From Cyanobacteriota bacterium (lineage in GTDB: Bacteria; Cyanobacteriota; Cyanobacteriia; Cyanobacteriales; Nostocaceae), in NCBI GenBank assembly GCA_046045965.1, contig JBJOKS010000027.1:1-64000 (forward strand): DNA of 64,000 nucleotides. Reading direction: 5' to 3'. The notes under the pieces are model-generated. The model saw only the letters and a program-made list of their open reading frames with translations, ran no database searches and was not told the DNA's origin. Positions 56,367-64,000 of this stretch are shown here, piece after piece. The position numbers were made by a program, and so were the translations under genes. How positions within the stretch are numbered: the first letter of the stretch is position 1; each line of letters opens with the position of its first letter.

Positions 56367-57143
56367 TTATGAATTATGAATTAATGCTGCTATAATTGCC
56401 GAAGAATCTGTAACAAAACCAAAGCATTGTTTAACGTTGTACAAAGTTGCTAACCAACAATATTCAGGTGAAGTTGTAGCTGTACAATCTTGTACTAAAA
56501 TGCAGTCATAGCCTAAAAAATTAGCATCACACAAAGTTGTTAAAACACATTGATCGGCGTTGACACCTGTAAATAATATTGTCGTTATTCCCAGGTTCTT
56601 CAGAATACTATCTAAAGGTGTATCCCAAAATCCACTCATGCGATATTTATCAACGCGAATATCTGTCGGAAGTTGTGGTAATTCATCTACTACCGCAGCT
56701 GCCCAACTATCCTTTATGAGTACATTTGCACCGTTTTTAGGTAAAGGATCACCTAATCCTACACCTTCACCTGTGGGATTATAAACATGAAGCAAACCTG
56801 CACTAATATTGAGTAAGTCGGGACGATTTCCCCAGTTTAGCCAAATTATCGGCACATTAGCTGCCCGCAGTTGTGGTAATAAATTTTGTAAAGGTGCAAT
56901 GGGTTGACGTGCGGGGGTGACATCTACACCGATATGCGCTAACCAACCATCAGGATGACAGAAATCGTTTTGCATATCAATAATGATTATGGCGGTTTTT
57001 GCCAAATCTAGGCGTAAGGTTTTGGTTTCTGTTGATAAAATAACGGGTTGTGGGGTTTTTTGAGGACGAGTAATGTCTGCAAAGGTTTGATTTACTCCCC
57101 AAGCATTGGGGTAAAATCCTAATGTTCGTAATGGTAAGTTCAT
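56367..57143 (-). CDS. Isochorismatase-family cysteine hydrolase
   Basis: IIDMQNDF (Asp), VDKYRMSGF (Lys), GVNADQCV (Cys) triad. Confidence 0.9.
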   Translation of the reverse strand: MNLPLRTLGFYPNAWGVNQTFADITRPQKTPQPVILSTETKTLRLDLAKTAIIIIDMQNDFCHPDGWLAHIGVDVTPARQPIAPLQNLLPQLRAANVPIIWLNWGNRPDLLNISAGLLHVYNPTGEGVGLGDPLPKNGANVLIKDSWAAAVVDELPQLPTDIRVDKYRMSGFWDTPLDSILKNLGITTILFTGVNADQCVLTTLCDANFLGYDCILVQDCTATTSPEYCWLATLYNVKQCFGFVTDSSAIIAALIHNS

Positions 57144-57225
57144 AAATGCTAACACCCAATATCATTGCTTAATTTGTAACTTGAAATGATGTTAATTGTG
57201 CAATAACTTAATCAAGGTTAAAATC

Positions 57226-58629
57226 ATGAACTTTACTATTCAGAAAGCTTTAATTGCTGTTACAGATGGTTACACAACTTTAGATGTACAAGTGGTAGAT
57301 GGTATTATCACTGCTATTGGTGACAATTTAGATGTGATTGGTACTGCAATTGACGGTGAACATAAACTGCTGTTACCGGGTTTTTTTAATGCCCATACCC
57401 ATTCTTCGGAAAAGTGGCAACGGGGAATAATTCCACCTTTACCTTTAGAATTGTGGTTAGCGCATTTGTATGATTTCGCTCCTCTGGATACAGAACAGGT
57501 TTATCTCAGCGCCTTGGGTACGGCGGTGGAAACTTTGCTTTCTGGGGGTACGAGTGTAGTAGATCATTTGGTGTTAATTCCTGGTAAGGAGATGGAAACC
57601 ATCACTACCGCAGTTCGCGCTTATCAAGAAATAGGAATTAGGGCTTTTATTGCTCCTTTAATTCAAGATGAATCTTTAACTGCTGGTATTCCAGAAGGTA
57701 AATTATTACCAAATCATGAACCTTATTTTCGTCCTACTGCGGAAACTTTAGCCATTATTGAAGAAGCTGTTATTAAGTTTCATCGTCCAGAGGAAGGGAT
57801 AAATATTTTAGTTGCTCCGACGGGAATTCAATTATGTACTGATGCTTTATTTACAGGTTGTATTGATTTAAGTAATCGTTATCATCTTTGTCGTCATTCT
57901 CATTTATTGGAAACTAAAGCCCAGGAAAAATTAGCATTTGAAAAATATGGTTGTAGTGGGGTTGAACATTTAAATAGAATTGGTTTTTTGAGCGATCGCA
58001 CCAGTTTAGCTCATTGCGTTTGGTTAACTGATGCTGATATTCAAATTTTGGCAGAAACGAAATCTACTGTTGTCCATAACCCGTTAAGTAATCTGCGTTT
58101 AGGTAGCGGTATTGCTCCAATTTTAAAATATCGTCAAGCTGGGGTAAATGTAACTTTTGGTTGTGATGGTGCTTCTAGTAATGATTCTCAAGATTTATTA
58201 GAAGCAATTAAAATTGGTTCTATTTTACATAATGTCACAGACTTTGATTATCAATCATGGATCACACCACGTCAATCTGTAGAAATGGCTGCTTTAGGTG
58301 GTGCAAAAGGATTAAATATAGATGATCAACTTGGTTCTCTAACTGTTGGTAAAAAAGCAGATTTGGTTCTTTATGATTTAACCAGTTTATCCTTACTTCC
58401 TCGTACAGATCCCATTGGTTTATTAGTTTTAGGTCGCCCTGTCAGTGTTGTTAATAGTGCTTGGGTGAATGGTAAACAAATTATTGAACATGGGAAATTT
58501 ACCACTATTAATGTTGATGAATTACGCCAAGAATTATTTAACCGCAGTCAGTGGGAAACAAAGGGTAAATCGCCAACTTTAGGGCAAATTGAGCCTCATT
58601 ATCGTCAGGTGATGGGTTTGTCTTCATAA
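57226..58629 (+). CDS. Amidohydrolase (AtzA/TrzA/nucleobase deaminase-like)
   Basis: PGFFNAHTH, HSHLLE, LAHCVW, HNPLSN.RLGSG, GCDGASSND, GKKADLV. Confidence 0.9.
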   Translation: MNFTIQKALIAVTDGYTTLDVQVVDGIITAIGDNLDVIGTAIDGEHKLLLPGFFNAHTHSSEKWQRGIIPPLPLELWLAHLYDFAPLDTEQVYLSALGTAVETLLSGGTSVVDHLVLIPGKEMETITTAVRAYQEIGIRAFIAPLIQDESLTAGIPEGKLLPNHEPYFRPTAETLAIIEEAVIKFHRPEEGINILVAPTGIQLCTDALFTGCIDLSNRYHLCRHSHLLETKAQEKLAFEKYGCSGVEHLNRIGFLSDRTSLAHCVWLTDADIQILAETKSTVVHNPLSNLRLGSGIAPILKYRQAGVNVTFGCDGASSNDSQDLLEAIKIGSILHNVTDFDYQSWITPRQSVEMAALGGAKGLNIDDQLGSLTVGKKADLVLYDLTSLSLLPRTDPIGLLVLGRPVSVVNSAWVNGKQIIEHGKFTTINVDELRQELFNRSQWETKGKSPTLGQIEPHYRQVMGLSS

Positions 58630-58679
58630 TTTTTAGATCCCCCCAACCCCCCTTAAAAAGGGGGCTAAGAGAGCTTAGA

Positions 58680-59672
58680 TTATTGAGGTTTAAATTCTGT
58701 ATATTTACCTCCTAAACCTTCAACAATTGTTTTTGTATTGGCAATTAGCATTTGCTGATAAGTCTCACCTGCTGAACCTTTTTCACCCAAACCATCTGCA
58801 AATAATTCTTGTTCGGCAACTTTAACTTTTGCTTCTTTGGCTACGGCTTGAATTAGTTTGGGGTTAATTGTTGTTTCTGCAAAAATAGTGGGTACTTTCT
58901 CTTTTTGTATCTCTTTTGCTAATGCACCTACTCGCGCTGGTGTTGGTGCTTCTTCTGTACTAATTCCTTCTAATGCTCCTTGAATTTTAATTTGGTATGC
59001 TTGGGAATAGTAACCAAAAGCATCATGAGTTGTTACTAATTTACGTTGTGCTTCGGGAATTGTGGCAATTTGCGATTTGATCCAGGTGTCTATCTGGGTG
59101 ATTTCTTGGGTTAATTTTTTGCTATTGGTAGTATAAGTTGCGGTATTTTTAGGAGACAATTTGACTAATTCTTGGGCAATTGTTTCTGCTATTGCTATGC
59201 CATTTTGGGCATTTTGCCACACATGGGGATCAGCAACTGTTTGACCATCCTCCTGAAACTTTTGGGGGTTGGGTACTGCAATTTCATGTACTGCTACTTT
59301 GGGTGCTGGGTTGGTGGTAGCTTTAATTAATTTGATTAAACCTGGTTCAAAGTCGTGACCACCGTAAAGAATTAATTTAGCTTGTTCAATTGCTTTGCTA
59401 TCATCTGGCTTGGGTTGGTAGACGTGGGGATCTGAACCGGGATCAATTAAGCATTTCAAATCTATGGTATCTCTGGCAATTTCTTTGGTTAAGCCACAAA
59501 TGACTGTGTTGGTAGCCACTACTAGGGGCTGTTGTTGCGTAGACTGGTTAACAACACTGTTTTCTACACCTGTGGGAGTGGAAGGGTTGTTTTCTGTTGC
59601 TGAACCACAGCTAATGACACCAAAGCTTAAAGCCACGGAAGCTAGGAATTTTAATTGTGAGTTGCAAAACAT
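58680..59672 (-). CDS. Metal (Zn/Mn) ABC transporter substrate-binding lipoprotein (ZnuA/TroA-like)
   Basis: Lipobox VISC, DPHVY, DPHVW, TTHDAF, FADGL metal ligands. Confidence 0.92.
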   Translation of the reverse strand: MFCNSQLKFLASVALSFGVISCGSATENNPSTPTGVENSVVNQSTQQQPLVVATNTVICGLTKEIARDTIDLKCLIDPGSDPHVYQPKPDDSKAIEQAKLILYGGHDFEPGLIKLIKATTNPAPKVAVHEIAVPNPQKFQEDGQTVADPHVWQNAQNGIAIAETIAQELVKLSPKNTATYTTNSKKLTQEITQIDTWIKSQIATIPEAQRKLVTTHDAFGYYSQAYQIKIQGALEGISTEEAPTPARVGALAKEIQKEKVPTIFAETTINPKLIQAVAKEAKVKVAEQELFADGLGEKGSAGETYQQMLIANTKTIVEGLGGKYTEFKPQ

Positions 59673-59698
59673 CGTCAATCTGATTGTTAGTGTTATAT

Positions 59699-59713
59699 TG
59701 ATTATCATTATCA
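59699..59713. promoter_or_regulatory. Zur-type box between the divergent SBP and ATPase genes
   Basis: TGATTATCATTATCA, one mismatch from the cyanobacterial Zur consensus TGATAATNATTATCA. Confidence 0.75.
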
Positions 59714-59744
59714 TATAAATGGTACACTTATTGATGTTAGATTT

Positions 59745-60467
59745 ATGTTAGAAGTTGAACATTTAGCCGTAAATTACCGGGGAGTGACGGCTGTGGAGGA
59801 TGTGAGTTTTCGTTCTTTACCGGGTCAGATGGTGGGTGTAATTGGTCCTAATGGTGCGGGTAAAAGCACGATGGTAAAGGCAATTTTGGGTTTAGTACCT
59901 GTGAGTAGTGGGGTTGTGAAGTTCCGCGATCGCTCTTTAAAGAAACAATTAAATTCTGTGGCGTATGTACCACAGCGATCGCAAATTGACTGGGACTATC
60001 CTATTACTGTATGGAATGTAGTGATGATGGCCAGGACTGTACATACAGGTTGGTTTCGAGAACCTTCTAAACCATCTCAAGAAATAGTCAAAGAAGCTTT
60101 AGCAAGAGTTGGGATGTTAGAGTTGCGATCGCGTCAAATTGGCGAATTATCAGGAGGACAACAACAGCGAGTATTTTTAGCAAGGGCTTTAGCCCAACAA
60201 GCGGAATTATTATTTTTTGATGAACCGTTTGTAGGCATTGATAAAAAAACCGAAGCCATCATGTTTGATGTATTTGCAGAGTTAAAGTTACAGGGTAAAA
60301 TTTTGTTGGTAGTCACCCATGATTTAGGTACGGCTTTAACCAAATGTGACCAATTATTATTATTAAATAAACAAGTTATCGCCACAGGTTCACTCACGGA
60401 AGTGATGACTGCGGATAATATTCAACGTGCCTATGGAGATAGTGTTTTATTATTTAATAGATATTAA
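59745..60467 (+). CDS. Metal ABC transporter ATP-binding protein (ZnuC-like)
   Basis: GPNGAGKS, YVPQ, LSGGQQQR, FDEPFVGID, VTHD. Confidence 0.93.
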   Translation: MLEVEHLAVNYRGVTAVEDVSFRSLPGQMVGVIGPNGAGKSTMVKAILGLVPVSSGVVKFRDRSLKKQLNSVAYVPQRSQIDWDYPITVWNVVMMARTVHTGWFREPSKPSQEIVKEALARVGMLELRSRQIGELSGGQQQRVFLARALAQQAELLFFDEPFVGIDKKTEAIMFDVFAELKLQGKILLVVTHDLGTALTKCDQLLLLNKQVIATGSLTEVMTADNIQRAYGDSVLLFNRY

Positions 60468-60546
60468 TTAGATATTAATTATAGGGCATAGCACATAATA
60501 GATAGTAACAATTGATTAAAAGCTATGCAATATACCCTTGATTTTA

Positions 60547-60699
60547 GAAGATATCTGAGAAGTATCAGGTTTGATCTAGATCCCCCCTTACTCCCCTTAA
60601 CACGGGGGGAATAAATTTCTCAAAGTCCCCCTTTTTAAGGGGGATTTAGGGGGATCTACCAGTGCTGGATACAACACAAAAAAGTTTCCAGATATCCTC
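60547..60699. mobile_element. MITE-like element, same TIR family as 38813-38987, TTA duplication, carrying the G/C-run palindrome
   Basis: tta|GAAGATATCTGAGAAG ... GTTTCCAGATATCCTC|tta; the right TTA is the stop codon of the adjacent minus-strand gene. Confidence 0.65.
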
Positions 60700-61089
60700 T
60701 TAACAGTCTACTAATTCAGGTGTTTGGTTGAGTATTTGACTACGAATAGAAATGAAATCTAGATATACAGGTGAGTCTAGTATATCAGGTCTAAAAACAG
60801 CAACATTATGGCAATTTTGAAACGCTAATTTAATGCCAAAATGACGCTCAACTGCTCCACGAATTGCATCTCCACCCATCATCCTTAATAATTGAGCGCG
60901 TGCTTGTTCACTGGGTGGGGGAACTTCATGATTAGCCCATTCTTCACCTTTTATCAGACGTTGTGCCAGACTTTCTACAATACCCCAAGCATAAGGTAAT
61001 GAATGTTTGATGCTTTCGACAAACTCTTTTTCATCAACCTTACCTGCTTTCGCTTGTTCAATGAGATGCACACTTACATTTAATGACAT
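60700..61089 (-). CDS. SCO5389-family protein
   Basis: MSLNVS..L.EQA..G.VDE.EF, SLPYAW, PPPSEQARAQLLR, ERHFG.KLAFQNCH.VAVF, NQTPELVDC match the Streptomyces SCO5389 family as recalled. Confidence 0.8.
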   Translation of the reverse strand: MSLNVSVHLIEQAKAGKVDEKEFVESIKHSLPYAWGIVESLAQRLIKGEEWANHEVPPPSEQARAQLLRMMGGDAIRGAVERHFGIKLAFQNCHNVAVFRPDILDSPVYLDFISIRSQILNQTPELVDC

Positions 61090-61210
61090 TTATTTTTCCC
61101 TATTTGAATTTTATAGTCACGTTGTACTATGCAATGAGAATATATAATTTGTCAATTTATATGCAACAATTAAATAATAAATCATTAACAAACATGGGAG
61201 ATATTAGTCA

Positions 61211-62095
61211 ATGTTAAATTTGCTTTTAGAACCTTTAAGTTTTGAATTTATGCGCGGAGCAATTACCACAGCTATTCTGTTAGGTATTCTCTGCGCGGTT
61301 GTTGGTACTTATTTGATTGTGCAACGCATGGGATTATTAGGAGATGTCATTGCTCATGCAGTTTTACCAGGATTAGCTATAGCTTTTTTCTTAGGTATTG
61401 ATATTTTTTTAGGTGCATTTATATCGGGAACTATTAGCACTTTTGTTATTGCTTGGATTCAATCTCAATCGCGGATTAAAGTTGATGCGGCAATGGCGTT
61501 AGTATTTTCAGGATTTTTAGCTTTGGGGATTATGTTAATTACCCTATTAAAAAGCAAAATAGACCTGCATCAATTTTTATTTGGCGATATCTTAGGTGTG
61601 ACTACAGATGATGTCAAGCGGACGGTAATTATTACGGTTATTGTCTTAATTTTAGTGAAACTTTTTTATAAAGAATTGCTTTTTTATACTTTTGATACCT
61701 TGGGCGCTCAGGCTAGTGGTTTACCGATTAATTTAATTCACTTTGGGTTAACTGGTGCTATCACTTTAACGATTATTGCTAGTATGCAAACTGTGGGAGT
61801 GGTTTTAGTTGTTTCTTTACTAATTGGACCGGGAACTACAGCTTATTTATTAGTCAAAGAATTACATCAAATGATGCAATTAGGGGCGGTGATTGGAGTG
61901 ATTAGCAGTGTTGCGGGAATGTATATTAGTTATTATTTGAATGTTCCTTCAGGTGCATCTATAGTGTTGGTTGTTTCTGGATTATTTGTATTAGCATTAT
62001 TTTTTAGTCCTAGTCAGGGAATTTTCACTAGACCAGAAATGGCGCAGCGTTCAGCTAAATTTTTGAATCTGTTTAAATCTGGAAATAATAAATGA
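61211..62095 (+). CDS. Metal ABC transporter permease (ZnuB-like)
   Basis: GLLGDVIAHAVLPGLA, FLFGDILGV, VGVVLVVSLLIGP, PSGASIV. Confidence 0.93.
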   Translation: MLNLLLEPLSFEFMRGAITTAILLGILCAVVGTYLIVQRMGLLGDVIAHAVLPGLAIAFFLGIDIFLGAFISGTISTFVIAWIQSQSRIKVDAAMALVFSGFLALGIMLITLLKSKIDLHQFLFGDILGVTTDDVKRTVIITVIVLILVKLFYKELLFYTFDTLGAQASGLPINLIHFGLTGAITLTIIASMQTVGVVLVVSLLIGPGTTAYLLVKELHQMMQLGAVIGVISSVAGMYISYYLNVPSGASIVLVVSGLFVLALFFSPSQGIFTRPEMAQRSAKFLNLFKSGNNK

Positions 62096-62103
62096 GTAAG
62101 AAT

Positions 62104-62138
<35 letters not shown>

Positions 62139-62178
62139 GTAAATATTTCTCCCCATCTTCCTGTTCCCTGTTCCCTCG

Positions 62179-63252
62179 TTATCGCCGACCAAAACCTTGA
62201 CCTCTGCTACATTTTGACCAGATAATTAATTCACCGCTCTTTCCTCCAGCAGCTAATTTAGATTCATGAGGATGCCAAGAAAGGCAGGAAAATCCGTTGT
62301 TAGCACCATAAAGAACTTGCAGCAGTCGTTTACCTTGATTCCATAAACAAACGCTACCATCTTCAGAAGCAGAAGCTAATAAATGAGTATTGGGTTGAAA
62401 TTGAATTGATAAAACATTACCTTCATGTCTGGGTAATACTCTACTATCCCAGTTATCAGCATCTTTTTCCCAGATGACTATCCCTTCCACACTGGAAGCA
62501 GCTAATAAAGGTGCGCCTGATTTTGTAAGTGTATTTGACCATGCTAAATTGCGAATTTTACCAGGAAAACCGCTCATTACCCAAGGATCTGGGTTATTCC
62601 ACTCCAAAACGGTGATCGAGCGATCCATGTTCCCAGAAGCAATATATTGACCATCCGCTGACCATAATATTACTAAACTGGTTGAATCAACTGGTACAAG
62701 CGAGGGATCATCATCCCAATTTTCGGACATCCAAAATTTCAGACTCTGATAACCTGCAACGGCTAAACTTTCTCCATTGGGATGCCAAGTAATATCTTGG
62801 ACAGAGGATGTATCAAAATTGAGGGTGGTTTCTGTGTTACCTGTGTCTGCGTTCCATACCTGCACATAGCGACCACAGCTAAAAGCTAGTTGATTTTTGG
62901 TGGGACTCCAGGCCATGCGGTCTACCCAGGTGCGGTTATTTTCTAGAACGCTGATCAGTTCTGCTTCCTGTGACTGTAAACGCCAAATTTTCACTTGTCC
63001 ATTTTGCCCACCTGCGGCTAAAAATTCTCCATCTTGGGAAAAAACAAGACTGTCTATAGATTCTCCGTTAGAAGTTTGTAAATATTTGACTAATTGCTGT
63101 TCTAGGTTATGGTATAAAATTACTTCTCCAGCGGCTGAACTGGCTGCAAGAATTTCACCTTGGGGGGACCAAGCGATCGCTGTCACGTAATCTGACAACA
63201 TCCCCTCCCAAATCTGCTCAAAATCACCCTGTATCTTTGTTTTTAAGGACAT
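62179..63252 (-). CDS. WD40 repeat protein
   Basis: Repeated AWSP/FSQDGEFLAAGG/ASASEDGSVCLW units. Confidence 0.9.
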   Translation of the reverse strand: MSLKTKIQGDFEQIWEGMLSDYVTAIAWSPQGEILAASSAAGEVILYHNLEQQLVKYLQTSNGESIDSLVFSQDGEFLAAGGQNGQVKIWRLQSQEAELISVLENNRTWVDRMAWSPTKNQLAFSCGRYVQVWNADTGNTETTLNFDTSSVQDITWHPNGESLAVAGYQSLKFWMSENWDDDPSLVPVDSTSLVILWSADGQYIASGNMDRSITVLEWNNPDPWVMSGFPGKIRNLAWSNTLTKSGAPLLAASSVEGIVIWEKDADNWDSRVLPRHEGNVLSIQFQPNTHLLASASEDGSVCLWNQGKRLLQVLYGANNGFSCLSWHPHESKLAAGGKSGELIIWSKCSRGQGFGRR

Positions 63253-63323
63253 AATGAATATTTAGTTATATTTGTAATATTTTTTGCAATGTCTAATGAT
63301 TTATTTTTACAGCCTAGCAGTAA

Positions 63324-63338
63324 TAAGAATCATTCTCA
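63324..63338. promoter_or_regulatory. Possible Zur/Fur-family box upstream of the WD40 gene
   Basis: TAAGAATCATTCTCA near-palindromic 7-1-7 motif. Confidence 0.5.
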
Positions 63339-63447
63339 TAATAGCGCAAATAGTCTCATGACACAAGATTTTCTTATATTTAGTTTTAAAGCGTTAAAAA
63401 GATTACTATTTTTATGAATGTTAATTAGGAATCAAATAGGAATCAAA

Positions 63448-64000
63448 ATGGAAAGGGTTATTTCAGCACTTGGTGTTTTAGTATTTATTGGTATATCTTA
63501 TGCAATTTCTGTTAACCGTCATGCGGTGCGTTGGCGAACTGTGGCTTGGGGTTTAGGGTTAGAATTTCTTTTAGCGTTGGTAATTTTGAAAACTTCCTGG
63601 GGTTTAAATCTCTTTAAGTCTTTGGGGGATATTATCGGTAATTTTTTAGCTTTTTCTGATGTCGGTGCTAAATTTGTCTTTGGTGAAAATTTCAAAGATC
63701 ATTTATTTGCTTTTCAAGTTCTACCAACAATTATCTTTTTCTCCGCTTTTATCGGTGTTTTATATCACTATGGCATTGTCCAGAGAATAGTTAGTAGCTT
63801 GGCTTGGGTAATGATGAAAACCATGAAAACAACTGGTTCTGAGTCTTTATCCTGTGCTGGAAATATCTTTTTAGGTCCGACAGAAGCGGCGTTAATGGTT
63901 AAGCCTTATGTAGCAAACATGACCCAATCAGAACTATTTGCGGTGATGACTGGTGGTTTTTCTACTATTGCAGGTGGTGTACTGGGTGCTTACCTTTCTT
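63448..64000 (+). CDS. NupC/CNT-family nucleoside transporter (5' part, runs off the window)
   Basis: Manual translation MERVISALGVLVFIGISYAISVNRHAVRWRTVAWGLGLEF...GAKFVFG...FAFQVLPTIIFFSA...GNIFLGPTEA...MTGGFSTIAG. Confidence 0.92.
   Translation, partial: MERVISALGVLVFIGISYAISVNRHAVRWRTVAWGLGLEFLLALVILKTSWGLNLFKSLGDIIGNFLAFSDVGAKFVFGENFKDHLFAFQVLPTIIFFSAFIGVLYHYGIVQRIVSSLAWVMMKTMKTTGSESLSCAGNIFLGPTEAALMVKPYVANMTQSELFAVMTGGFSTIAGGVLGAYLS

Noticed and set aside
57144..57225. NtcA site in the hydrolase divergent promoter
   Set aside because: GTA is present but there is no TAC at N8 spacing

Overview
64-kb chromosomal window from a heterocyst-forming cyanobacterium (Nostocales; inferred from frequent HIP1 GCGATCGC, heptameric STRR tracts and the PsaA C-terminus [12 protein letters not shown]). 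It is mostly core genome: psaA(3')-psaB, a 7TM-HD phosphodiesterase, aroQ, topA, ndhB, lipA, psaX, natD, an HrmK-like hybrid kinase, larE, menG/ubiE, raf1, a UvrD-like helicase, rpmI-rplT, ycf37, chlB, glmS, psaC, fmt, a Zur-boxed metal ABC transporter and a partial CNT nucleoside transporter. An accessory region surrounds chlB (about 34-45.6 kb). It holds a copper amine oxidase and a single-ORF fusion of a BsuBI/PstI-type methyltransferase and endonuclease. It also holds a patchwork array of toxin-antitoxin cassettes separated by branched palindromes, with duplicated gene scraps starting exactly at cassette stop codons, and a truncated, catalytically degenerate HerA-like ATPase beginning at an interrupted HIP1 site. 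Other items of note: a MITE family with shared TIRs and TTA target duplication but different REP-like cargo; an actinobacterial-type SCO5389-family gene inside the metal ABC locus; a decayed DNA methyltransferase; an unannotated 45-aa ORF; and an 11x9-bp perfect repeat between psaA and psaB. No rRNA, tRNA, CRISPR array, transposase or integrase was recognised. All family assignments come from recognition of sequence motifs, not database searches.
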